Source: Malacoraja senta (Eukaryota). Taken from it: 64,000 nucleotides of DNA. Location of the stretch: positions 1 to 64,000 of the forward strand of contig JAXLNO010005984.1 of the NCBI GenBank assembly GCA_038087875.1. Direction: 5' to 3'. Below, piece after piece: positions 37,750-51,169 of this stretch. The notes beneath the pieces were generated by a model. The model searched no databases and had not been told where the DNA came from. It was given only the letters and a program-made list of their open reading frames with translations. A program made the translations under genes and the position numbers. Position 1 is the stretch's first letter. Each line of letters opens with the position of its first letter.

Positions 37750-38045
37750 TTTGTTTTAGAGAGATGGCATGAAAACAGGCCCTTCCGCCCACCGAGCCCA
37801 CGCCAACCAACGATCACCTGTACACTAGTCCTATATCCTTCACACTAGGGGCAATTTACAGACGTCAATTAACCTACACACTGGCACATCTCTAGAATGT
37901 GGGAGGAAACCAGAGCACCGGAAGGAATCCCACGTGGGTCACAGGGAGAACGTACAAACTACACGCACACGTAGACAGGATCGAACCCGGGTCTCTGGCA
38001 CTGTAAGGCAGCAACTCTTAGTCTATCGCTGCGCCACCATGCTGA
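37750..38045 (-). mobile_element. V-SINE
   Basis: Reverse-complement head, V-domain and tail. Confidence 0.85.
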
Positions 38046-38454
38046 TCAATTCACTTGATGCTAAGGAAGTTGTATGTCAGCCCTCTGCAAACTTTAAAAC
38101 CCAATGAGATGTTCCTTCTTCATTTGGTACATCAAGTCCTCTCCGTCATTCAATCATATCTGGATTGGCATGGCTTAGAACATCAGAAAAACCCTCTGCC
38201 ACAGGGACTACAAAGGGAAAATGTACGCCAGTAATCCCTCCGTGTGCTTTATATCTGTCTGTTAAGGTGTTCAGATTTGTCAAATATTGAATTGCATTCC
38301 AACAATGGAGTCTTTAGGTTTATAGAGTTAAGCGTGAAACTGATAAAGCAGAAGTATTTTCGTGCCAGGAACAAACTACACACTCTTTGACTATAGACAA
38401 CTCTCATTTGGCAAATGGCAAAAATATTCTGCTGTTTTTAAAGTATTTTTCCCC

Positions 38455-38740
38455 AACATGGCAGTGTGGCTCAGCGGTAGAGTTGCTGCCTCACTGCGCC
38501 GGAGACCCAGGTGCTGTCTGTACAGAGTTTGTATGTTCCCCTCGTGACCAGCGTGGGTTTTCTACGGATGCTCCGGTTTCCTCCCACACTCCAAAGACGT
38601 GCAGGTTTGTAGGTTAATTGGCTTTGGTAAAAAGTCCCCAGTGTGTAGGATAGTGAGGGTGTAGAGGTGAATACTGGTCGGCGTGGACTCGGTGGGCCAA
38701 AGGGCCCGTTGCCACACTGTATCTCGAAATGAAAACACTT
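38455..38740 (+). mobile_element. V-SINE
   Basis: Head, V-domain and tail. Confidence 0.88.
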
Positions 38741-38879
38741 GAGATTTAATATTGTTTGTGCTGGAGTAACTCAGCGGGTTGAGCAGCATCTCTGGAGAAC
38801 ATGAGTGGGTGACGTTTTGGTTTAGGACCCGTCTTCAGGACCAGACGTCAACGAGTGCTGGACTCACCATGACGTAGAA

Positions 38880-39390
38880 ACATAGAAAATAGGTGCAGGA
38901 GTAGGCCATTCGGCCCTTCGAGCCAGCACCGCCTTACAATATGATTTTGGCTGATCATCCAAAATCAATACCCCATTCCTGCTATCTCCCCATATCCCTT
39001 GATTCTCTTAGCCCAAAGAGCCACATCCAACACTCACTTGAAAACATCCAGTGAATTGACCTCCACTGCCTTCTGTGGCAGAGAATTCTACAGATTTTCT
39101 GCGTGAAAATGTTTTCCCTCTTCTGAGTCCTAAATGGCCTAACCCGTTATTCTTAAACTGTGACCCCTGGTTCTGGACTCCCCGAACATCGGGAACATTG
39201 TTCCTGCATCTAGCCTTAACTCCTTTAAGAATGTTATATGTTTTCATAAGATACCCTCTCATCCTTCTCATTTCCAGCGAATTCAAGCCCAGTCTACCCA
39301 TTCTTTCATCATACGTAAGTCTCGCCACCCCGGATATTGACCTGGTGAACTTACGCTGCACTCCCTCAATAGTAAGAATGTCCTTCTGCA
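38880..39390 (-). mobile_element. CR1 3' fragment
   Basis: KDILTIEGVQRKFTR..SG..LTYDERM.RLGL plus CR1 3' UTR. Confidence 0.88.
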
Positions 39391-40479
39391 AATTAGGAAA
39401 GGTACAGGAGTGTGAAAACGCACACCTCCAGATTCAGGGACAGTTTCTTCCCAGCTGTTACCAGGCAACTAAATCATCCTACCACAACCAGAGAGCAGTT
39501 CTGAACTACTATCTACCTCATTGGTGACCCTCGGACTATCCTTGCTGGCTTTACCTTGCACTAAACGTTATTCCTTTACCATGTATCTATACATTGCAAA
39601 TGGCTCGATTGTAGTCATGCAATGTCTTTCTGCTAACTGTTTTTAACATGCGACAAAAAGCATTTCTCTGTACACGTGACAATAAACTCAATTGAACTGA
39701 GTTCCTTGTATCTAACACTTGAGTCCAGTTGGTTATAACCACTGTGACCTGTGGTCATATGGTGAAGTGGTTTATTCTCTTCTGGGCCGGCCTTCCATTC
39801 ATAAGATCGCAAGTTTGTAAACCATCATAATCAGAGGTGACCTCATAATGTGCCTGGCCGGCGACATCACAATGAACTGCATCCGTAACCATGAGAGACG
39901 GACGGGCTCCATTCCATCCATCAACTTGAAGTGGGTTCACAGTTTGCGAGATATTGAACAGATCAGAGCTTTGAAATTCACTCTATGTATTTAGAAACAA
40001 AGGAACCTGTATCAAAAATGCCGGTGGAGAGTGCCAAGCAGGATGATAAAAGGAGATCTAAGGTAGATTTGAATCCATTAATAGACCAAGATAAAAGGTG
40101 GAGTGACTCAGCGAGTCTTATTCTTAAACTGTGACCCCCTGGTTCTGGACTCCCTACATTGGGAACATAGGGACGTTGGGCTCCACTGCCACCTCTGAGC
40201 TTTTCTTTATGGGAGAGAATCCTATCCATCCAGTGACAATCCTGTCTCCAGTCTTCAACATCCCCCCCCCCGCCTCTCCCCCTACCCACCCTTCTACCCT
40301 CTCTGGACCTTTTTATATCCACTGTTGGCTTCTCTACTCCACTGGCCCACTCAAACCGGAAGGGTCCTGACCTGAAACGACAAATGTTAGGGAGCATCTC
40401 TGGAGAACATCTCTGGAGAAGGATATTGAATTATGTGAGGTAAGGGAAACAAGTAGAAGAGCTATGGAAACTATGAGAT

Positions 40480-42068
40480 TAAAAGAAGAGGAAGTACTGA
40501 CACTTTAAAAAATATATAAAAGTGGATAAGTCTTGAGGGAAGTTAGTGTAGAAATAGCAGGGGCTATGACAGAAATATTTCAAATGCCATTAGAAACGGG
40601 AATAGTGCCGGAGGATGGCATACTGCGCATGTTGTTCCATTGTATTAAAAGGGTTCTAAGAGTAAACCTAGCAATTATAGACCTGTTAGTTTGACGTCAG
40701 TGGTGGGCAAATTAATGGAAAGGATACTTAGAGATAATATATATAAGCATCTGGAACAACAGGATCTGATTAGGAACAGTCAACATGGATTTGTGCCTGG
40801 AAGGTCATGTTTGACTAATCTTGAATTTTTTGAAAAGGTTACTGGGGAAATTGATGAGGGTAAAGCAGTGGATGTTGTCTATATGGACTTCAGTAAGGCC
40901 TTTGACAAGGTTCCTCATGGAGGGTTGGTTAAGAAAGTTCAATTGTTGGGTATTAATGGTGGAGTAGCAAGATGGATTCAACAGTGGCTGAATGGGAGAT
41001 GCCAGAGAGTAATGGTGGATGGCTGTTTGTCAGCTTGGAGGCCGGTGACTAGTGGGGTGCCTCAGGGATCTGTGTTGGGTCCACTGTTGTTTGGCATGTA
41101 CATTAATGATCTGGATGGTGGTGTGGTAAATTGGATTAGTAAGTATGCAGATGATACTAAGATAGGTGGTGTTGCGGATAATGAAGTCGATTTTCAAAGT
41201 CTACAGAGATATTTAGGCCATTTGGAAGAGTCGGCTGAAAGATAGCAGATGGAGTTTAATGCAGATAAGTGTGAGGTGCTACATCTTGGCAGGACAAATC
41301 AAAATAGGACGTACATGGTAAATGGTAGCGAATTGAGCAATGCAGTTGAACAGAGGGATCTAGGAATAACTGTGCATAGTTCCCTGAAGGTGGAATCTCA
41401 TGTAAATAGGGTGGGAAAGAAAGCTTTTGGTGTGCTGGCCTTCATAAATCAGAGCATTGAGTATAGAAGCTGGAATGTAATGTTAAAATTGTACAAGGCA
41501 TTGGTGAGGCCAATTCTGGAGTATGGTGTACAATTTTGGTCGGCTAATTATAGGGAGGATGTCAACAAAATAGAGGGAGTACAGAGGAGGTTTACTAGAA
41601 TGTTGCCTGAGTTTCAACAACTAAGTTACAGAGAAAGGTCGAACAAGTTAGGTCTTTATTCTTTGGAACGCAGAACGTTAAGGGGGACTTGATAGAGGTC
41701 TTTAAATGATGAGAGGGATAGACAGAGTTGACGTGGATAAGCTTTTCCCATTGAGAGTAGGGAAGATTCAAACAAGAGGACATGACTTGAGAATTAAGGA
41801 ACAGAAGATTAGGGGTAACATGAGGGGGAACTCCTTTACTCAGAGAGTGGTAGTTGTGCGGAATGCGCTTCCAGTGGAATTGGTGGAGGCAGGTTCGATT
41901 TTATCACTTAAAAATAAATTGGATAGGTATATGGATGGGAAAGGAATGGAGGGTCATGGTCTGAGTGCAGGTAGATGGGACTAGGGGAAAATAAATGTTC
42001 GGCACGGACTAGAAGGGCCGAGATGGCGTGTTTCCGTGCTGTAATTGTTATATGGTTATATGGTTATA
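40480..42068 (+). mobile_element. 5'-truncated CR1 LINE (RT and C-terminus, few stops)
   Basis: NYRPVSLTSVVGK, QHGFVPGRSCLTNL, DFSKAFDKVPH, GVPQGSVLGP, YADDTK; (TTATATGG)n tail. Confidence 0.95.
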
Positions 42069-42356
42069 ACATGGATAGATGACATTTCACGGAGTGCTGG
42101 AGTAACTCAGCGTGTCAGGCAGCATCTGTGGAGAACATGGGTAGGTGACGTTTCACAGAGTACTGGAGTAACTCAGCGTGTCAGGCAGCATCTGTGAAGA
42201 ACATGGATAGATGACGTTTCACAGATTGCTGGAGTAACTCAACGTGTCAAGCAGCATCTGTGGAGAACATGGGTAGGTGACGTTTCACAGATTGCTGGAG
42301 TAACTCAGCGGGTCAGGCAGCATCTGTGTAGAACATGGATAGGTGACGTTTCACAG
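42068..42356 (-). repeat. 66-bp tandem repeat (about 4.4 copies) derived from the Penelope-like terminal sequence
   Basis: Unit ATAGGTGACGTTTCACAGAGTGCTGGAGTAACTCAGCGGGTCAGGCAGCATCTGTGGAGAACATGG. Confidence 0.9.
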
Positions 42357-42364
42357 GACAATGA

Positions 42365-43120
42365 AGCTAGTTGGAGAATGGTGGCTGATTAGGAAAAGGG
42401 GAGATGCAACGAGACCTGGGTGTCATGGCACACCAGTCATTGAAAGTAGGAATGCAGGTGCAGCAGGCAGTGAAGAAAGCAAATGGTATGTTAGCATTCA
42501 TAGCAAAATGATTTGAGTATAAGAGCTGGGAGGTTCTATTGCAGTTGTACAGGGTCTTGGTGAGACCACACCTGGAGTATTGCATACAGTTTTGGTCTCC
42601 TAATCTGAGGAAATACATTCTTGCCATAGAGGGTGTACAGAGAAGGTTCAGCAGACTGATTCCTGGGATGGCAGGACTTTCATATGAAGAAAGACTGGAT
42701 AGACTCGGCTTATACACGCTAGCATTCAGAAGATTAAGGTGGGATCTTATAGAAACTTACAAAATTCTTAAGGGGTTGGACAGGCTAGATGCAGGAAGAT
42801 TATTCCCGATATTGGGGAAGTACAGAACTAGGGGGTCACAGTTTAAGGATAAGAGGGAGGTTTTTTAGGACCGAGATGAGAAAATCATTTTTTACACAGA
42901 GAGTGGTGAATCTGTGGAATTCTCTGCCACAGAAGGTAGTTGCCAGTTCATTGGCTATATTTAAGAGGGAGTTAGATGTGGCCCTTGTGGCTAAAGGGAT
43001 CAGGGGGTATGGAGAGAAGGCAGGGATGGGATACTGAGTTGGATGATCAGCCATGATCATATCAAATGGCCGTACAGGCTCGAAAGGCCGAATGGCCTAC
43101 TCCTGCACCTATTTTCTATG
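42365..43120 (+). mobile_element. CR1 3' fragment
   Basis: LYRVLVRPHLEYCIQFWSP...FFTQRVVNLWNSLP and CR1 3' UTR. Confidence 0.92.
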
Positions 43121-43514
43121 TTTCTAACTAGGGTTGGGGATGGGTGGAGAGAGAGGGAAGGCAAGGGTTACTTGAAGTTGGAGAAATCAATATTCATATC
43201 GCTGAGTTGTAATCTGCCTGTCCTGCTGAGTTACTCCAGCATTTTGTGTCTATCTTCAGTGTAAACCTGCATCTGCTGTTCCTGCACATTTTGTCTTGCC
43301 CACATTGACTAAGATGCCCCATCTACACTAGTTCCTCCTGCCTGCATTTGTTCCATATCTCTCCATACCTATTCTATCCATGTACCTGTCAAGAGTGTTT
43401 TATTGTCATATGTCACAAACTGAACTATTAAATGCTGACTTACGATAGGATAGAACTTTATCTATCCAAGGAGGGAAATTGTTCTGCCAACAGTCATACA
43501 ATACAAGATAAAGA

Positions 43515-43870
43515 CAGTCATGGTGGCGCAGCGGTAGTGTTGCTGCCTTACAGCAAATGCACGCCGGAGACCCAGGTTCGATCCCGATTACGGGTGCTGT
43601 CTATACGGAGTTTGTACGTTCTCCCCGTGACCTGCGTGGGTTTTCTCTGAGATCTTCGGTTTTCTCCCACACACCAAAGACGTACAGGATTGTAGGTTAA
43701 TTGGCTTTGGTAACATTGTAAATGTCCCTAGTGTGTGGAGTAGTGCTAGTGTACAGGATGATCGCTGGTTAGTGTTAAAGTGCGGGGATCGCTGGTTGCC
43801 ACGGACCCGGTGGGCCGAAGGGCCTGTATCTGCGCTGTATCTCTAAACTAACCTAAACTAAACTAAACAT
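43515..43870 (+). mobile_element. V-SINE
   Basis: Head, V-domain and (CTAAA)n tail. Confidence 0.9.
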
Positions 43871-45039
43871 GAAACATGAAATTAAAGTGATGAGTGGAAA
43901 GGATTGCGGATGTGCAAAGATTGGGGAGGGGTAGGGGGTTAGTCAGTCCACCCCATGACAGAAGGGGGTGGAGTTGTACGGTTTGATAGCCATAGGGGAG
44001 CAGGATCTCCTGTGGCGTTCTGTGCTGCATCTTGGTGGAACTAGTCTGTTGCTGAAGGTGTTCCTCAGTGTGTCATGGAGTGGGTTACGTAGCAGCACAA
44101 CAGTAGTGTAACATATTGCACTGTAAAACCCTTATTAAACAGCAAAAAAAGTTCCGTGTATATTAGAGAAACACAATTAATCCAAATAGTCCTGTCCAAA
44201 TATCTTCTAAATGCCATTGTACCAGCCTCCACTACCTCCTCTGGCAGCTTGTTCCATATACCCATCTCCTGGGAGAAGGGAGTGAGTTAATTATGGTAGA
44301 CAAAAATGCTGGAGAAACTCAGCAGGTGAGGCGGCGTCTAGATGCATGCTGCCTCATCCGCTGAGTTTCTCCAGCATTTTTGTCAACCTTCGATTTTTCC
44401 AGCATGTGCAGTTCTTTCTTAAACAAGTTAATTATGATAGTGCTTTAGGAATGTTGGATTCAGCCGAGTCTTAAACGATGCCTCTGCAGAATAATCTATT
44501 CCGTTTTGAACTAATCATGCTTTTTTTGTTGATGGGGTGAGAAAACGTGAATCTTTGAAGCTGGGCAAATATCCATGGTTCAGGCAAACTTGTTTAAATT
44601 GGACAAATTGCATTTTCACTTCAAATGAAATAAATTGGCTTGTTTAACCGTTGCTTATTCTTCCACGTGAACCCGTTTACAGCATCTGCAGACTCCTTTT
44701 AATTTAAAATTCTTTTAAAATAGGGTTTGACTTAGTCAAAGCTTCACTTGAAGACCCAACTTTTTGCATCTTTGAACCATGAATTGGAGACCCAAATATC
44801 TCTGTCGAATTGGTTATCAAAATTACCATGTGCTCCCCCGGAATGATGCCAGCTCTTGGGAACATTTTCATTATGATTCTTCACATTTCCTTCCAATTCG
44901 ATTTTTATAAAAAGTTTCAGCTGGTGAACTTTAAACAGCCCTTTTATTTTAAATATCCTTCGCAGACTTGGTGCGCTGAAGGGCCTGTTTCCACTCTGGA
45001 TCTCTAAATGTAAAACTAAACTCATGCGCACGGCTTGTT

Positions 45040-45625
45040 GTAGGAATTACAGAGACATGGCTGCAAGAGGGCTGGTGATGGGAACTGAATATTCAAGGAT
45101 ATATCTCCTATAGAATAGACAGACAGGTGGGCAGAGGGGCTGGGGTAGCTCTGTTGGTGAGGAATGAAATTCAGTCCCTTGCAAGGGGTGACATTGAAAC
45201 AGGAGATGTGGAGTCAGTATGGATAGAACTAAGGAAGTGTAAGGGTAAAAAGACCCTAATGGGACATGCATTTGGGGATACCAATGGTGTTAGACAAGGG
45301 GGAATTTTGTCCCCAGACCTTTTTAATCTATATATTGATAATCTGTCTAAACAATTGAAGGCCTGTAACACTGGGTGCGTGATTGGTAATATTTTACTGA
45401 ACCATATTATGTATGCAGATGATCTTGTGATCTTTAGTTCATCTAGCGCTGGTCTCCAGCAGCTCCATACTATATGTTCTGTGTATGGTGTGGAACATGA
45501 CATTAAATATAATGCTAGTAAGAATGCTGTTATGATCTGTAGAACCAAAGAGGATAAATGTCTAACATTTCCTGATTTTAAATTATCTGACAATAATCTT
45601 AGTGTCTGTAATAAGGTAAAATATT
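45040..45625 (+). mobile_element. chimeric LINE fragments: CR1 endonuclease piece fused to an RT piece of another non-LTR clade
   Basis: GRGAGVALLV...ESVWIELR (CR1 EN) then NGVRQGGILSP.LFNLYID...HIMYADDL...KVKYL in one frame (45127-45633). Confidence 0.8.
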
Positions 45626-48600
45626 TACACTGATTTACAGTATGCTTTCGGAGTTGTTCACGATTATGGGCAATTGTGGAAAAATCGAGGCTTCCTGACC
45701 TCATCAGGAACAGTTATTTCACACCAGAAGTTAGTTTCCAACCTTTTACAGGCAATCCAATTGCCCAGTCAGCTTGCAGTTATTAAAGTTCGTGCCCACA
45801 CATCAGGCCAGAGCCCTATAGATATCGGCAATCGCCTTGCGGATGGTGCCGCTAAAAAAAGCTTCTTGGACTAACTAGGTTGTTGTGCCCCGAATGATGA
45901 GGCAGACTAAAAATTCCAGTAAGAATCAGTCTCCCCCGGAAAAAGGAATGCCAACCATCCAGGAAGTACTTCAAATACAGGAGGACGCTCCTGCACAGGT
46001 AAAACAGCTGTGGCAGGACCAGGGCTGTGTGTTTGATCCTGTCACTAGCTTATGGGTTACGCCTGCAGGCCAGACTTGCATGTCTGATGAACATGTGTTA
46101 TGGATTATTGAATGTGTACACTTTGCAACTCATTGTGGTGCCAAGGCCGGAAATGATATGCTTTTAGACACCTGGTGGCATCCAAAACTTCTGGACTTGG
46201 CCCAGCGTGTCAGCAGCATAATCCAGGTAAAGGCTTGCCCTGTGAACCAGGTAAGACCCCTTTACCAGCAGGTCCATTTGAGACCTTGCAAATGGACTAC
46301 ATTGAGTTGAAAAGGTGTCAGTGTTATAAGTATGTTCTTGTAATTGTCGATGTTTTCAGTAAATGGATTGATGCATACCTGACCAATGACAATAAGGCGT
46401 CTTCCATTGTAAAAATATTGTTACGCAAAATCATACCGCGATTCGGTGTTCCTGCGCGTTTAAGTTCCGATAAAGGTCCTCATTTTATTGCTGCAGTAAA
46501 CAAAGAAATGTGCCAACAATTACAGATACATCAACAGCTCCATTGTGCATATAGACCTCAGGCCGCCGGATTGGTGTAACGGGCAAATCAGACTTTGAAA
46601 ACCAAATTAGCTAAATTAGTGGCACAGACTGGCTTAACATGGTTTAAACTGCTTCCTGTAGCTCTTTTTCAGATACAGACCACTCCTTCTGGTACGGCAC
46701 GACTGACGCCTGCGGAAATAATATATGGTCGACCTTTACGGATGCCATGGAATGACCAGGCGGTCCATTTCCATGCCCCCGCAGCGGTCCATTTCTACCA
46801 GATGACTGAGGAAATGACATCCTATGTATTAACTTTAACCCGTGCTTGGAACTTCTCATTCACAGGTCAGGGCTGCAAATGGTGAGGCACCAGCGCTCAA
46901 AGTTCCATCTAATATTCAGACATGTTGCTATGTGCTGGTCAGGAACTGGAAGCGTAAGCACTTGGACTCACGTTGGGATGGTCCCTTCCAGGTCCTCCTC
47001 ACCACTCCAACCGCTGCCAACGTCGAGGGTCGTGCTGCATGGGTTCATCTGCACCACTGCAAACTGATTGGGGAGCCCAATCATAAGGGGTGAGAAGAGT
47101 CATTTTATTTTCAACTCAGAGTTTTTAGTTTTTACATTGCTGCTTTGCTTGGGAGTTGTATCATTATAAGTTTAGTTGTATCATTATACGTTTAGTTGTA
47201 GCATTATAAGTTTAGTTTTGAATCCTTATATTGCTATATGGTTAAGAATATGCGACTGATTACTGGACTGACTGACTGAAGGATGGTTAACTTGAGTGAA
47301 TAGTTGATTAAGTCAATTAAGTAAGAAATGAACTTTTTATAAGCCTTTGCATTCATTTGCAGATAAATTCAAATGAGGCGATTTATCCTGCCATGCAACC
47401 TAATGCTTCTGCAGACAGAGGGAAATAAAGGAGAGATTCGACGATGTGTCCCAGGACACGCATATAGGATATTTCACCTCTGCAAAGGAGATGTTGTACA
47501 ATGTAGAGGCCCAGAAGTCGTCGGAAGATGGAACATAATTACAATTAACTACTGCCATGGCAAAATGCAACAGACTAACTGAAGCCTCTACCTAATTGAT
47601 CAGTCACTCTGGGAGTTTCCATGTGGGTACCGGATATGCAGGGTTGACTTATCTTGCAGGAGGAACCCCGGGGAGGACCGAACTCTAAATAAACACTTGT
47701 ATGATGGACTATGTTATCAAGTAGCATTACAAGTCCACCCGGGGCTCCAAAGGACAGAACCTGAACAACAAATACTGGAAAAGGGAGAATTTGAAGAAAA
47801 AGACACTAACGTGTTTATACGGGCCCATAATGAATTATTTGGTAAAGGGCAAGTTGTGTGTTACCCCGCTATGAAATCTGTTATTAGCCTATTTACAGTA
47901 TCTCCTGAGTGGGGAAGGATTTAACGATTAGTAAAGTGTCAAGATGAGATGCCAGTTCCGGTCAAAGCTGTCACCATCTATTATGATGAGTTCTTAGCAA
48001 CAGCACATCTAAGGGCATCCAATGCACCATTCCCAAAAGATGCGTCCCAGTCTCTGCAGGGTTTCAACTGCTTTGTGGGTGGGCCAATGGAACCCATCTA
48101 ACTGTAGGATTCTATCACTTGCCCATCCCAAGATACACCAATTGGATTTCAAGCAATTGGATGGACTGGGCAAAGGGTGGCGAGGTGATTAATACACGCA
48201 TGGACTGTCATGGGTCCATATACACCGAGGAAGGGTATTACATCTTTTTCAATGGCAAAGGGACCAATGTGCTAAAACCTCCTTTTCCAAAGAACGTAGC
48301 CATCGGGACCCTTGTCCCCACCACCGTTCCCTGCCCAGAGAGTTGGTCCCGACAAAACCAAAGGACTCTGCGCAGGGCAATATCCGCCGAATTCTGTGCC
48401 AATTGGAGAAACCCAACTACAATGGGAACATCTAGGTGGGATGCTGCGGGATGGGGAATACTAAGCCTGCTTACTTTCAGAGGTGTAGGGGGAGGGTTGG
48501 CAGCAAAACATCGAAACTATATGATTTGTGGACTAACCATTTTGGGAAATGCCACTACTGGTGCCTAGGAGGCAATAAAAACCCAACTATCAGAAATGCG

Positions 48601-50615
48601 TCTGTTCTCTTTACAGAATAGATATGCCTTAGATTATCTGTTGGCCCGTGAGGGAGGGACGTGTGCTATTGTAAAAGAAAAATGTATGATGGGAGTTCAG
48701 GATAGAACTAGTAATATCACCAAACATCAAGAGGACATTACTACCCTGCTTGATGGAATGAAGGAGGGTGTTGGATGGGGAAACTGGGGTTTTGGGGGAT
48801 TATATAATTGGATCATCAGCATGGCCATAAATGCAGCAATAGTGATCATGTGTTTGTTAGTGGGAATTGCTATTGTTAAATGTATCATCACCAGACTAAT
48901 GACAGCCTTGGGTAATGTGGAAACTGGTGGGCAGGTCTTATTGCGGCACCTAGAAGAAGACATTACGATGTTGGAGTCTGATGGAAGTAGAGACGTGTGA
49001 ACCAGCAGGTAGAGAAGGAAATGTTGGAGGAGGAGTGTAATAGACTTAATAATGTGGAGAAGGAGGAATGTTATTAAGTCCAGAATAATTGAGCACCATA
49101 AGGGCTAGGGTTGGAAGCACAGCAGAGAAGTAGGGAACAGCATTGGTGTCAACAAGCCAGCCTGCTGACTAACGTGGTCCAGGTTTCGGGGGCTATAAAG
49201 CATCTCGAGGTTAGGTATAAACTTGGATGACTAATAAGCCAATGCTGATGAATCTCTGCCTTGTGTTATTATCCTATTAGTGGTCATAGAATGACCAGAG
49301 TGAGGAATGAGGAAATATTATACAAATAGAACCGCTTGGATAGAGACTTTTATATAAGCTAGGTGAATTGCAAAAGAAAAGCTTAAAGTTTCCCTGAACT
49401 GAAATAAAGTGCAAACTGACACATACACACAGGCAAAGATGAATCAAAACATGGAGGCCTGAACCTGAACCTGCTTAGCTTAGATTATTATTTGGGGCAA
49501 TTATAGCACTGGTGGAAATTGTATTTGATATGGCTTTGTGTTGAAGAATGGGAAGCTGAATAAGGGGCCTCTTCTTAGGCCATGTGCTCTGTCTCTATGG
49601 GACATTTTTTAGCTCTGAATGTGACATAAACGTGAAGAGTTATGGCTTGTTATGCTAGGTTTGAGACAGAATTCAAGGCTGAGAGATGATAGACTGCAGT
49701 TAGCCTTGGCTGTGTAAAATTATAATGAGTGTGATAAGGAATAAGATGTAAGTGAAGGAATAGTTGCTTTGAGAAATAATTAGATTGAGGGAGTTGTTTA
49801 TAGAAGGTTGAAGCAGATGGAATTCTGACGTAATGGTCTGGGTTGTACCTTGTACCTTGTGTTCTGTCTGGTACATGAGATTGGAAATCCTGCTTCCCGA
49901 TAACAGGAAAGGCACCAAACTCATATTAACTAAATTGACAGATTTACGACCCATGTATCTTTGGATGGGAGATGGAAATGTGCGTTTTGAACTTAGAAAC
50001 TGTAATTCAGCAAACTTATATAATTAATGTTTTAAAGACATAGGTAATGGTATTTCAAAATGTGTAAAATTATAGTAACACCAATTATGCAATGTATTGT
50101 CTCAGTAGAAAGGTACACTTTAGACTTAGAGAAATTGTTTAGATTTATAGAAATATCTTTTCTCTTGGTATAGAAAGTGTGTATGACTTGAGTGATCATT
50201 GTATGTATCTTATATTTTGAAGAATGGTCTTTGATAAAAGCCTACAGGGGTTTTGCTGTGTTGAAATAAAATAATTCTAAAACAGTTATAGAGTTATACC
50301 ATAGACAAACAAAGATTGTAAAAAGACGTCAGGAAAGGGGATATCCTGTGACTGATGTTGTAAATCACCAAAAGGACTCAGATGATTGGTTACCAGTTGT
50401 CCTACCCTCTGTATTTGAAATGTCTAAATACCTATATAAAGCAATGAGTTTGTATCAAAAACACAAATACTTTGGAGCTGCCCCGGAGCTTCTAGCTCTG
50501 TGTTGGAAGGTTCAAAGAATTGTCTCAGTACTGAATAAAGAATCAATTCCAACAGCTACAAGCATTTGAGTCAAGTTTTCTTGACTTTAGATTGACAAAA
50601 TAACTCAGTTTAACA
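45620..50615 (+). mobile_element. second ERV family (epsilon/gamma-like): RNase H, integrase, decayed env and 3' LTR; 5' part missing
   Basis: NIYTD.QYAFGVVHDYGQLWKNRGFL, VIKVRAH...GNRLAD, GPFETLQMDYIEL...VDVFSKW, WDGPFQVLL; env RTLRR cleavage site and LQNRYALDYLLAREGGTC immunosuppressive domain. Confidence 0.93.
49069..50615 (+). mobile_element. long 3' LTR (about 1547 bp) of the second ERV
   Basis: PPT GGAGAAGGAGGAA then TGTTA...TAACA; TATATAAA at about 50433 and AATAAA at about 50534. Confidence 0.75.
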
Positions 50616-50667
50616 TTCTCACTGTCTCTGACTACATTTTATCTCTGTGGCCACTCTCGTCATCACT

Positions 50668-50760
50668 CTGAAGAAGGGTCTCAACATGAAACATCACCCA
50701 TTCCTTCTCGCCAGAGATGCTGCCCGTCTCGCTGAGTTACTCCAGCATTTTGTTTCTTAT
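50668..50760 (+). mobile_element. Penelope-derived repeat with hammerhead core (CTGAAGA...GAAAC)
   Basis: CTGAAGAAGGGTCTCAACATGAAACATCACC followed by GCTGAGTTACTCCAGCATTTTG. Confidence 0.65.
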
Positions 50761-51169
50761 CTTGATTTAAAATACATTTTGACAGGTCTGGAAAGGTTGA
50801 GAGGGACATGGGCCAAATTCAGGCAGGTGGGACTAGAGTTTGTACGTTCTCTCTGTGACTGTTTATGTTTTCTCCGGGTGCTCCGATTTCCTCCCACATT
50901 CCAAAGATGTGCAGGTGTGTAGATTAATTCTGAAAATTCCCCCAGTGAGTAGGGTAGTCCTAGTGAACAGGTTATCGCTGGTTGGCGCGTACTAAAAAAA
51001 TGAAAACATAGCCATGAGGAACTGTAGATGCCTGCGTACTTTTTTAAAAAGATGGAAAGTGCTGGAGTAACTCAGCGGGGTGCAAGTGTCCCAGCCTGAC
51101 GTTTCAACCACTAAATGTTTTACGACGAGACTGTTCTAACTTTATGAAAACAAAATGTTCTCCCAGAAT

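Noticed and set aside
39722-39940. Plus-strand GYNHCDLWSYGEVVYSLLGRP resembling kinase subdomain IX; the minus-strand HCDVAGQ..DYDG was also considered as an MHC alpha2 remnant
   Set aside because: Short, interrupted by stops, no other kinase or alpha2 motifs, no splice sites; consistent with chance.
42068-42356. Possible CRISPR-like array
   Set aside because: Eukaryotic context, contiguous units with no unique spacers, derived from a Penelope-type repeat.
44744-45031. 95-aa minus-strand ORF checked as a possible alpha1 exon
   Set aside because: No class I or CD1 alpha1 motifs, starts inside a SINE tail, no splice signals.
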